Below the pieces are notes generated by a model, which made no database searches, was not told where the DNA came from, and saw nothing but the letters and a program-made list of their open reading frames with translations. A stretch of DNA of 64,000 nt. Source: Patescibacteria group bacterium. GTDB lineage: Bacteria; Patescibacteriota; Microgenomatia; CAYGWK01. The position numbers and the translations under genes are program-made. The stretch's first letter is position 1; each line of letters opens with the position of its first letter. This document shows positions 38,907-47,719 of the stretch, piece by piece. The stretch spans positions 6,715 to 70,714 of the forward strand of contig JBMORX010000001.1 in NCBI GenBank assembly GCA_049322615.1, written 5' to 3'.

Positions 38907-40769
38907 TTAGTCTAGTGTTGCATAGATCCGACGGATACCGGCGCCTGCCGACCCTTCTTTTATAATCTTAAACCTTCCAAGCCTGCCTGTAAAGTCAACA
39001 TGAGGTCCACCGCAAACTTCAACCGAAAAAACTTGCCCTGAGCCTACCGAAGGGTCTCCGATTGAGTAAACCTTAACTTTTTCACCATATTTTTTTTCAA
39101 ATTCAGCCATGGCTCCTTTCTCCTTGGCTTGCTCAAGCGTCATCATTTCCATCTCAACTGGCAGGTTTTCTTTTATCTTCTGGTTTACTAATTCTTCCGT
39201 GTCTTTCAGTTCTTTTTCCGTGAGTTTCCGTGGGTTGGGAAAGTCGAAACGAAGCCGCTCGGCCGTGATATTTGAACCAGATTGTTTAACATGCTCGCCT
39301 AAAATTTTCCGCAGGGCAGAATGCAAAAGATGGGTAGCTGTATGAAGTTTTGTAACTTTCTCCGAATGATCCGCCAAGCCGCCGGCAAATTTTTTCTCTG
39401 CCCCAACCCGAGAAGTTTCCTGATGTTTTTTAAATTCTTCTTCAAATGCTTTTTTATCAATTTTTTGCCCCCTTTCTTGAACAATTTCCTCGATCATCTC
39501 CAGAGGGAATCCATAGGTTTCGTAGAGATAAAAAGCAATTTTTCCATCAAGTTTTTTACATTTTTCTATTTCTTTAAGTCCGCGCTCTAAGGTTTTTTTA
39601 AATTTTTCTTCTTCCAAAGTCAAAGTTTCCAAAATCTGGTTCTTTTTCTTTTCTAATTCTGGATATTCTCCTTTCATTGTCTGAATTACAGTTTCTGCAG
39701 CATTTGGAGTAAACAGTTTAATTAATTGTCCGCCTTTGGCGGAAAGTGTTCTTCCAAAACGGACTGCTCGTCGAATCAGTCGGCGCAAAACATATCCCTG
39801 TTCAACATTTGAAGGTGTCACACCATCGGAAATCAAAAATGTTGCCGCCCGAAGATGATCAGCAATAATTCGCATTGGTTTTTGGTTTTCTTCTTGCTCG
39901 TAATTTTTTCCAGAAAGCACTTCAATTGATTGAATTATTGGTTTAAACAGTTCTGTTTGGTAATCATCATCAAGTCCACCCAAAACCGCAACCGTTCTCT
40001 CAACTCCCATCCCGGTATCCACGTTTTTTTGTTTAAGAAAAACATATTCGAAATCCTTTTCTCTGGCGTTCTCATTTTTTAATTTTTCATTTTTAATTTT
40101 TAACTTTTTTTCGTACTCCATAAAAACATCATTCCAAATTTCAACCCAGGAAACATCATCTGGATTAAAGGTTTTTGGTGCTTCATCTTTGCCCACCCAA
40201 ACAAACATTTCCGTATCCGGTCCGCAGGGACCAGTTTTCCCAGCCGGGCCCCACCAATTGTTCTTTTTGGGTAATTTTGCTATTCGAGTATCGGATATAC
40301 CCAATGAAACCCAAATATCATATGATTCCTTATCAAATGGAGCATCGTTATCTCCAGCAAAAACGGAAATTGCCAGTTTGTTTTTGTCAATTCCCAACCA
40401 TTCTTTACCGGTTAAAAACTCAAAACTCCACTGGATCGCTTCTTTTTTCCAGTACCCGCCTTGTCCGATGCCGTCAGGCGAGGCAGGATCTCCCAAACTC
40501 CAATTTCCCAACATTTCAAAAAAGGTATGATGGACAGTATTTCCGACTTTATCAATATCATCGGTCCGCAGACATCTTTGAACCGAGCAAAGTCTCTCGC
40601 CAAAGGGGTGAGGCTCACCAAGTAAATATGGTACCAGCGGGTGCATGCCGGCGGAAATAAAAAGAGCAGTTGGATCGTTTTCGGGAATCAAGGAAGCATT
40701 GGGGATAACTCTATGCCCTTTTTTGGCAAAAAAATCAAGATATTTTTGCTTTAATTCTTTAGCGGTCAC
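38907..40769 (-). CDS. alaS: alanine--tRNA ligase, short form (catalytic, tRNA-binding and editing core; no C-Ala domain)
   Basis: FISAGMHP ... HHTFFEMLGNWSLGD class II core; editing HxxxH (HTATHLLH) and CGGPHV; 620 aa; an in-frame [13 protein letters not shown] repeat insert. Confidence 0.9.
   Translation of the reverse strand: MTAKELKQKYLDFFAKKGHRVIPNASLIPENDPTALFISAGMHPLVPYLLGEPHPFGERLCSVQRCLRTDDIDKVGNTVHHTFFEMLGNWSLGDPASPDGIGQGGYWKKEAIQWSFEFLTGKEWLGIDKNKLAISVFAGDNDAPFDKESYDIWVSLGISDTRIAKLPKKNNWWGPAGKTGPCGPDTEMFVWVGKDEAPKTFNPDDVSWVEIWNDVFMEYEKKLKIKNEKLKNENAREKDFEYVFLKQKNVDTGMGVERTVAVLGGLDDDYQTELFKPIIQSIEVLSGKNYEQEENQKPMRIIADHLRAATFLISDGVTPSNVEQGYVLRRLIRRAVRFGRTLSAKGGQLIKLFTPNAAETVIQTMKGEYPELEKKKNQILETLTLEEEKFKKTLERGLKEIEKCKKLDGKIAFYLYETYGFPLEMIEEIVQERGQKIDKKAFEEEFKKHQETSRVGAEKKFAGGLADHSEKVTKLHTATHLLHSALRKILGEHVKQSGSNITAERLRFDFPNPRKLTEKELKDTEELVNQKIKENLPVEMEMMTLEQAKEKGAMAEFEKKYGEKVKVYSIGDPSVGSGQVFSVEVCGGPHVDFTGRLGRFKIIKEGSAGAGIRRIYATLD
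40072..40106 (-). repeat. The same AT-rich in-frame repeat inside alaS (encodes [13 protein letters not shown])
   Basis: tcattttttaatttttcatttttaatttttaac. Confidence 0.6.
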
Positions 40770-40786
40770 GAAGAAAATTATACTAT

Positions 40787-41188
40787 TTAGGAGAGCCTTT
40801 TACCAGCCCGAAGGAAGAAGCGGCGCGCCGGCGATTCCGAAGGTAATTCTTCTTGTTTTTCCTTGTCCTCCGAAGCTTCAGCGAAGGAGGATTTTTTCTC
40901 AATCTTTTTCTCTTCGCCTCCACCTTCTTTCAAAAACGTCTTAATAAATTCTGCCAAGGAACGAAGACCGGTAGCAAGATCAGAAATGCCTGAAATTGGT
41001 TTGGCAATAGATTCAGAAATTATTCCCGTGTCATCTAAAATTTTGTTCATTTTTCGAACTGACTGGCGAAATTCCTTCAAGATTAGAAAAACCTCAACTC
41101 CGACAATCGAAAGGATAGTGGTTAAAACCAAAACCGTAATGATAAGAAGAATTTGAGTGGTATCCATGGCACGTAAATTGCGAAACAA
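40787..41188 (-). CDS. small membrane protein, hypothetical
   Basis: Single N-terminal TM, acidic C-terminal tail. Confidence 0.45.
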   Translation of the reverse strand: MFRNLRAMDTTQILLIITVLVLTTILSIVGVEVFLILKEFRQSVRKMNKILDDTGIISESIAKPISGISDLATGLRSLAEFIKTFLKEGGGEEKKIEKKSSFAEASEDKEKQEELPSESPARRFFLRAGKRLS

Positions 41189-41275
41189 TAACGTGCCTAC
41201 GGCGTTAATTCTCGAGAATTTTACGCCGTGGGCAGTCTACTTCTTCTAAAAGTCTAAATCCTAAAATCTGTGGTG

Positions 41276-41914
41276 TCAAGGACCAAAGTAAATAGTTCTT
41301 TCAATTTTTGTCTTCTTTCCCCGGCGGGATAGGGCTTCAATTAAGATTTTGTTTTCTCCAGGAGAAAGGGCGAGAGTTTTTTCAAAAGAACCATCGGCTA
41401 GAACTAAAGCCATTTCTCCATTAATAAAAACTACTGCGTCAGGACTAGTCTTCCCTTGAATTCTCACCTCATTTGTTTTAAGACTTTCTCTGTTTGCCGG
41501 AGAATAAATTTCCAAGGGGGGAGAACCTAAAAACCCCAAAAGTTGGAATGCTAAATAGGTAGCCAGAATGAAAAATAAAGCCCCGACTCCAAATCCAATC
41601 GTCAATTTTGGTGTCCAAGAAAAATTTGGCTGATAAAGTGGTTCATAAACTCCCCGAGGCAGAATCTTTCCCTTTTCATCCTCAATAAAATCCCGGCGAA
41701 AGATAGCCAGCAAATCACGTGAGGAGAGCCCAAGGAACTCGGCATAATTTTTGATAAAACCGCGAACTACCGTAGCTTCGGCGATTTTGGAAAAATCATT
41801 CTTTTCCAAAGCCTCAAGAAAGCGCACTTTTATTTTTGTCGCCCCTTCGACTTCGCTCAGGGCAAGCTTCTTTTTCAGTCTTTCATTTCTTAGAATCTCG
41901 CCAACAGTTTTCAT
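41276..41914 (-). CDS. RodZ-like cytoskeleton protein (N-terminal HTH, one TM, C-terminal domain)
   Basis: XRE-like HTH at the N-terminus (TVGEILRNERLKKKLALSEV), a TM in the middle and a beta-rich C-terminal domain, the RodZ architecture. Confidence 0.6.
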   Translation of the reverse strand: MKTVGEILRNERLKKKLALSEVEGATKIKVRFLEALEKNDFSKIAEATVVRGFIKNYAEFLGLSSRDLLAIFRRDFIEDEKGKILPRGVYEPLYQPNFSWTPKLTIGFGVGALFFILATYLAFQLLGFLGSPPLEIYSPANRESLKTNEVRIQGKTSPDAVVFINGEMALVLADGSFEKTLALSPGENKILIEALSRRGKKTKIERTIYFGP

Positions 41915-44001
41915 GAAGTTTCTCCAGAGGAGCTTAAGAATTCGTCAGGATTACGGACTAAAACATCCCGAGGCTTTGAACCTTCTCCCGGACCAACGAC
42001 TCCTGCTGCCTCCAGCTGATCCAGAATCCGGGCCGCCCGGGCATAACCGATTGAGAGCCGACGCTGCAAAAGGGATGCACTTGCCCGTTCATACTGACAA
42101 ACAGTCCGTAGGGCTTCTTCAAAAAGCTCGTCTCTTTCCTCTTCCTCACCCTTTACCCCCCAACGTCTTACCCCAACTGGCATAGTCGTTACTTCCTCGG
42201 TATAAGCCGGGGCTGCTTTTTTCCGTAAGAAATCAATTAAGCGTTGAATTTCTGGTTCGGAGACAAAAGCACCCTGAATTCGAGTTGCTTTTGCTTGATC
42301 AGGAGGAATATAAAGCATGTCTCCTCGACCTAAAAGTTTTTCTGCTCCCCCTTGGTCAAGAATAACTCTTGAGTCAACCATTGAGGAAACGGCAAAAGAA
42401 ATTCGACAAGGAATATTGGCTTTAATCAATCCAGTTAAAACATCAACCGAGGGACGTTGGGTTGAAATAACCAAATGGATTCCCGTTGCCCGCGCCATTT
42501 GGGCAATTCGACAAATGGCATCCTCAACCTCAACTGGAGCAAAAAGAATGATATCTGCCAACTCGTCAATGATAATCACAATATAGGGCATGGCAACAAA
42601 ACCAGAAAGCTCGTTATAAGAGTCAATGTTGCGGACCCCGGTTTCGGCAAAAAGCTTATATCTTCTGTCCATCTCGGAAATTGCCCATTTTAAAGCCGAA
42701 AGAACCTTTTCGGGATCAACGATAACTGGAGTTAGAAGATGGGGAACACCATTGTATTGAACAAGCTCGACCCTTTTTGGATCAACCAAAATTAATTTGA
42801 CTTCATTTGGAGTTGTCTGAAATAAAAGGGTGGCAATAAAAGAGTTCAGAAGAACAGTTTTCCCGCTTCCAGTTGAACCAGCAATTAAAACATGAGGCAT
42901 TCGGGCAATATCAGCCACAACTGCCTCGCCTGAAACATCAAGTCCTAAAGCAACCGTTAACTTGCTCTTGGCATTTTTTAAAACATTTGACTCTAGCATT
43001 TTTTTCAAAGTGACAAACTCAAGGGAACGATTGGGAAGCTCTATCCCAACCAAAGACCTTCCGGGAATCGGCGCTTCAATCCTAATCTGTCCATGGGGAG
43101 CAGCCAACGCCAAAGCCAAATCATTTGATAAAGCGGTAATTTTAGAAAGTTTTGTTCCCAAAGCAACCTCAAAAGCATATTGGGTAACTGCCGGACCTAA
43201 ATTTACCTCAACCACCCGAGCAGAAATTCCAAAAGACTCTAAAGTTTTCTCAATAATGGCTGCATTACTCTTGATATCACCCCTGTCTGCTTTACTTCCA
43301 AAAACATCGGAAAGAAGCGTTATCGGTGGATATTCCCAAATTTTTGTTTGAGCCGAGGAGATGGCGCTTAAACCTGGAGCAAGTTCTTCCTTTGCGGGCA
43401 CCGCTTTTAGGGGTTGAGCTTCAGAAACTCGAAGGAGGGGCTTTTCTTCCAAAACCTTTGGGACTTTTGGTTTGCGAACTGCGACAACAAAACCTTTAAT
43501 GCTTTTTAAAAGATTAATTATAAAAATAATGACCTGGTCGATTGAAGTATTAAAAAGAACAATTAGACCAATTAAAACTCCACCAACCAGGACTAATAAT
43601 GCTCCGGCAGAAGTAATCATTCCCGCGGTCCCAATCCAGATTTCTCGACCAAAAACTCCGGCTTTGGTCAAACCAAGAGATGAAAGCAAAAGCAAAATGG
43701 CACCAACAAAAACGTGGGGTTCGTTAACTGGGGTTTTTAGTTTAGTGAGCACTAAACCGGCAACAGTTAAAATAAATGGAAGAAAAATTACCCCCCAACC
43801 AAAAAGATGTAAAAGATAGCTATTTAGCTTAATCAGTAAACTCCCCTGTCTTAAAAAAGAGATAATAGTCAGCCCTGCTAAGGAAAGAAAACAAACACTC
43901 CCGATTGAGAAAATAGTTGATCTTCTAAGGCGAACCCGAAAAGAGCGGCGTAAAAACCGTCGGGAGGGAAACTGTGATGGTAAACCTGGCAGGATCATCA
44001 A
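41911..44001 (-). CDS. ftsK: DNA translocase FtsK/SpoIIIE
   Basis: N-terminal TM helices, Walker A GSTGSGKT, and a gamma-domain-like wHTH at the C-terminus. Confidence 0.9.
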   Translation of the reverse strand: MMILPGLPSQFPSRRFLRRSFRVRLRRSTIFSIGSVCFLSLAGLTIISFLRQGSLLIKLNSYLLHLFGWGVIFLPFILTVAGLVLTKLKTPVNEPHVFVGAILLLLSSLGLTKAGVFGREIWIGTAGMITSAGALLVLVGGVLIGLIVLFNTSIDQVIIFIINLLKSIKGFVVAVRKPKVPKVLEEKPLLRVSEAQPLKAVPAKEELAPGLSAISSAQTKIWEYPPITLLSDVFGSKADRGDIKSNAAIIEKTLESFGISARVVEVNLGPAVTQYAFEVALGTKLSKITALSNDLALALAAPHGQIRIEAPIPGRSLVGIELPNRSLEFVTLKKMLESNVLKNAKSKLTVALGLDVSGEAVVADIARMPHVLIAGSTGSGKTVLLNSFIATLLFQTTPNEVKLILVDPKRVELVQYNGVPHLLTPVIVDPEKVLSALKWAISEMDRRYKLFAETGVRNIDSYNELSGFVAMPYIVIIIDELADIILFAPVEVEDAICRIAQMARATGIHLVISTQRPSVDVLTGLIKANIPCRISFAVSSMVDSRVILDQGGAEKLLGRGDMLYIPPDQAKATRIQGAFVSEPEIQRLIDFLRKKAAPAYTEEVTTMPVGVRRWGVKGEEEERDELFEEALRTVCQYERASASLLQRRLSIGYARAARILDQLEAAGVVGPGEGSKPRDVLVRNPDEFLSSSGETS

Positions 44002-44031
44002 ACTTAATTATACTCGCCACGCTTGGCGGGG

Positions 44032-45702
44032 TCAAACTTTAATCACCTGGGTAAGGATTATCGGTCGGCGACCAGTTTTTTGAAAGAAGAATTTCTCAAG
44101 AGCGTCCTGAAGATCTCTTTGGACAAAACGAAATTCAGTTTTTTTGCCTGTCCATTTTGCTAAAATTTTCTTTATCTCTGTCTTTGTTTCCCTGATTAAT
44201 TTTTCTGACTCCTTAACATAAACAAAACCTCGGGTAACAATTTCTGGCTCACTTAAAAGTTTAAAAGTTAGTTGGTCAATCAGAATAATTGCCACCACAA
44301 TTCCTTCTTGGGAGAGAATTTTTCGGTCGCGTAAAACTACATTGCCAACATCGCCAACTCCTAAAGCATCAACCATCACTGTCCTAACCTCAATGGCTTG
44401 GGAAAGATCCACCCTCCCTTCGGAAAATAATTTAACTATTTGACCATTATCGGGAAGAATTATTCTATCTTTTTGAAAACCCAATCCTTGAGCCAATTTT
44501 TGATAGGCAATCATGTGGCGAAAATTTCCCCCAATGGGTAAAACAAATTTCGGTTTTACCATCTCAATTAGTTTTTTTAAATCGGAAGAAGATCCATGAC
44601 CAGAAACATGGACGTCAGAGGTCACATCAGCATAAGAAACTTCTCCACCTTGACGCATAATTTCATCAATCAAAGCGTAAATTGCCGCTTCGTTGCCAGG
44701 AATATAATCCGTAGAAAAAACAACTTTATCTCCCCTTTCAATTTTAACTTCATGCTCGCCCGCGACAATTTTTTCCAGAGCCGAACCTGGTTGTCCTTGA
44801 CTTCCAGCCACCAAAAAGGTAAGACCCAAAGCGGGGAATCTTCTTGCTTCTTTCACTGATAAAAATAAGTTTGGGGGAAATTTTAAATAGGAAAGTTTTA
44901 AGGCTTGAGCCACATTTTCTTCCACCGACCGACCGACTAAAACCACTTTTCGCTTGTGTCTTTGAGAAACCTCAATTGCCTGCTTAAGCCTGGAGATGTT
45001 CGAGGACATGGTGGTAACAAAAAATTTTCCCAAGGTTTTCTCGATTTCTCTTTCAAACATTTCTTGAAGTTTTGCCTCTGAAGGAGTAAATCCCTCTCTT
45101 TCTGCTCGCAAACAATCCGAAAGAAGACAAAAAACTCCTCTTTTACCGACTTGAACAATAAGATTCTGGTCTGTTGGCTTCCCCATCACTGGGGTTAAAT
45201 CAAGTTTAAAATCAGCCGCATGATAAAAAATTCCAATTGGAGTCGAAATTACCAAATGCATTGTTTCGGGAATCGAATGAGTCACCTCAATGAATTCGAT
45301 TTGAAAATTTCCCAAAAAAAGTTTTTTACCTTCGGATATTTCTTGAAAATTTGCCCCAAAACCAAATTCAGAAAGTTTTTCCCTAGCTAAGGCTAAAGCC
45401 CACTTTGAGCCGAAGACAGGAATTTTGCCAAGTTTAGGCAAGATGTAGGGAAGAGCACCGATGTGATCATCATGACCATGAGAAATTATAAGTCCCTTAA
45501 TTTTTTGTTTTTTAGGCAGGAGATAGGAAACATCAGGAATAAGCAAATCCACCCCTCTCATTTCTTCAGTGGGAAAACCAATACCACAGTCGACAATTAA
45601 AATGTCTTTTTCCGTCTCATAGACAAACATATTGTTTGTCACCTGTCCAAACCCGCCAAGGGAAATGATTTTTAAATAATTTTTCTCTGCTTTCTGGTTC
45701 AT
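44032..45702 (-). CDS. rnj: ribonuclease J
   Basis: Metallo-beta-lactamase HGHDDH motif plus beta-CASP and C-terminal domains; 556 aa. Confidence 0.9.
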   Translation of the reverse strand: MNQKAEKNYLKIISLGGFGQVTNNMFVYETEKDILIVDCGIGFPTEEMRGVDLLIPDVSYLLPKKQKIKGLIISHGHDDHIGALPYILPKLGKIPVFGSKWALALAREKLSEFGFGANFQEISEGKKLFLGNFQIEFIEVTHSIPETMHLVISTPIGIFYHAADFKLDLTPVMGKPTDQNLIVQVGKRGVFCLLSDCLRAEREGFTPSEAKLQEMFEREIEKTLGKFFVTTMSSNISRLKQAIEVSQRHKRKVVLVGRSVEENVAQALKLSYLKFPPNLFLSVKEARRFPALGLTFLVAGSQGQPGSALEKIVAGEHEVKIERGDKVVFSTDYIPGNEAAIYALIDEIMRQGGEVSYADVTSDVHVSGHGSSSDLKKLIEMVKPKFVLPIGGNFRHMIAYQKLAQGLGFQKDRIILPDNGQIVKLFSEGRVDLSQAIEVRTVMVDALGVGDVGNVVLRDRKILSQEGIVVAIILIDQLTFKLLSEPEIVTRGFVYVKESEKLIRETKTEIKKILAKWTGKKTEFRFVQRDLQDALEKFFFQKTGRRPIILTQVIKV

Positions 45703-46301
45703 TTCAGTGTCCTCTGTGTTGCAAGTTTTTTATTCAATAATTGTCCCAGTTTACTAAAATCGTTTCTTAATTCCTTCAAGATTCCCCCATTTCTTAACCC
45801 AGCCGCCGGGTGATACATCGGCATCACCATTATCTTTCTGCTATTCCAGTATACCATGCGACTTGTTCCATGAATTTTAGAAATAGATTCGCCTGGCAAA
45901 AATTTTGCCATCGAAAATCTACCCAAAGTAACAATAATTTCTGGGTTTATAATTTCTATTTGTTTATCAAGCCAAACTGAACAAGATTGAATCTCTTCCG
46001 ACAGTGGATCACGGTTGCCAGGTGGTCTGTGCTTTATCAAATTTCCAATCCAGACATCTTTTCGAGCCACTTTAATTAATTGAAGTAATTGTTCCAATAA
46101 CTTACCGGCTTGACCAACAAATGGTTTTCCTTGTTTGTCCTCAAAAAAACCGGGCGCCTCACCAATAAACATAATTTTTGTATTCGGATTTCCCTCTCCA
46201 GGAACTGCTTGGGTGGCAGTTTTATAAAGAGAACATCTCCGACAAGAAGAAATTTCCTGGGAAATTTCTTTTAATTTTTCTTCCTTTTCTTCTAAAGTCA
46301 T
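45699..46301 (-). CDS. uracil-DNA glycosylase, family 4 (Fe-S)
   Basis: CRRCSLYK ... GEGNPNTKIMFIGEAPGFFEDKQGKPFVGQAGKLL, the family-4 UDG motifs. Confidence 0.85.
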   Translation of the reverse strand: MTLEEKEEKLKEISQEISSCRRCSLYKTATQAVPGEGNPNTKIMFIGEAPGFFEDKQGKPFVGQAGKLLEQLLQLIKVARKDVWIGNLIKHRPPGNRDPLSEEIQSCSVWLDKQIEIINPEIIVTLGRFSMAKFLPGESISKIHGTSRMVYWNSRKIMVMPMYHPAAGLRNGGILKELRNDFSKLGQLLNKKLATQRTLK

Positions 46302-46596
46302 TTAAACAAGTACTTTAAATAATTAAAGTGGCTTTCTTTCACCCAATTCTCTACGGTTTAATGATACTTATTTTCTTGTTCTTTTATATATTTTCTAACC
46401 GTCCCAATTGTAACATTTCCGGCAGCTCGATACTCTCGGCACTGAAGTGTCGAGTCTCAAAAATTTAGGTTCTAAACTACTCGGCTCTAAAGAGCCAAGT
46501 TTTCAAAAACAGGCTCGGCATTTCAATGCCGAGTATTTGAGGGCATCTGAGACCACTCCCGGCAATTCATTGTCGGGTAACCAACTTCCGATCCAC

Positions 46597-47670
46597 CTAC
46601 CAGGTAGGCAAAAATTCCTTGATGTTCTCCTCTGTCAGCCGGAATTTTTTGTCTTTTTTCTCAACCATCATTTTGGCGACTTTGCGGCAAATGCCATTAA
46701 TTGTCCGCTCCAAGGTTCTTACTCCCGCGTCATAACCTAGGGGTCTGACAATTTTGGGCCAAACTACCTCGCTTATCTCCAAATTATCTTTAGTTAGTCC
46801 TGCTTCTTCTATTGTTCTTGGCAAAATATAATCCCGTCCAATGGTAATCTTCTCCTCATCAGTATAAGAAGGCATCATCATCGGTTCAAGTCGATCCATT
46901 ACTGCGGTTGAAATATTAGTCGTATTGTTGGCGGTGGCGATAAACAAAACCTCAGACAAGTCAAAAGGATAGTCTAGATAGTGATCAGAAAAAGCCATAT
47001 TTTGTTCAGGATCTAAAAGTTCAACTAAAACTCCCATGATCGTCGCCCGCGATTCCTCAACTACCCGATCAATTTCATCAAGTAAAATTACCGGGTTTTT
47101 TGTCCCGGCTCTACGTAAAGCCTTTATAACTTGCCCTGGTTCGCTGTCTGGGTGAACTCGCGATTGCCCCCGAAGATATAAAGGATCTCCCATTCCGCCA
47201 AAAGGAATTCTTTCAAATTTTCTTCCCATCGCTTCGGCAATTGAATAAGCAATCGTTGTTTTCCCAGTTCCAACAAGACCGACAAAACAAAGAATCGGCG
47301 CTCTCATAAAACTCCCTCTCACCCTTTCGCTCTCTTGCCCTCTTGCTCTTTTTAATTTCAATACTGCTAAATATTCTAAAATCCTTTCTTTAATTGGTCC
47401 CAAACCATAATGATTCTTATCAAGAATTTTCTTGGCAAAATCAAGGTCTAAGATGTCATCGCTTCTTTTTATCCACGGAAGACGGCAAACCCAGTCAACA
47501 TAAGTTGAAATCTGGACGTACTCTTGAGTATATCCGCCAGACCCAGCTAGTCTTCGGAGTCTTAGGGTTTCTTCTTCAAGTTTTTCTTTGAGTTCAGGCG
47601 GGAGGGTGACTTCCTTTATTTTCTTTTCAAGTTTTTCTATCTCGATGAGAATTTCTGGTTTTTCGGTCAT
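46597..47670 (-). CDS. Lon-like AAA+ ATPase lacking both the N-terminal substrate domain and the C-terminal S16 protease domain
   Basis: YVDWVCRLPW ... HYGLGPIKERILEYLAV and Walker A GLVGTGKTT match the Lon ATPase module; the ORF ends right after the AAA+ alpha subdomain. Confidence 0.8.
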   Translation of the reverse strand: MTEKPEILIEIEKLEKKIKEVTLPPELKEKLEEETLRLRRLAGSGGYTQEYVQISTYVDWVCRLPWIKRSDDILDLDFAKKILDKNHYGLGPIKERILEYLAVLKLKRARGQESERVRGSFMRAPILCFVGLVGTGKTTIAYSIAEAMGRKFERIPFGGMGDPLYLRGQSRVHPDSEPGQVIKALRRAGTKNPVILLDEIDRVVEESRATIMGVLVELLDPEQNMAFSDHYLDYPFDLSEVLFIATANNTTNISTAVMDRLEPMMMPSYTDEEKITIGRDYILPRTIEEAGLTKDNLEISEVVWPKIVRPLGYDAGVRTLERTINGICRKVAKMMVEKKDKKFRLTEENIKEFLPTW

Positions 47671-47719
47671 GGGCAGCGTCGTGTCCTTTTAGGTTTATAT
47701 TAGCAAACCTTGCTAAATT

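Noticed and set aside
46447-46740. 97-aa plus-strand ORF in the structured region downstream of the Lon-like gene
   Set aside because: It overlaps the Lon-like 3' end antisense, its translation is low-complexity, and the region is dominated by hairpins.
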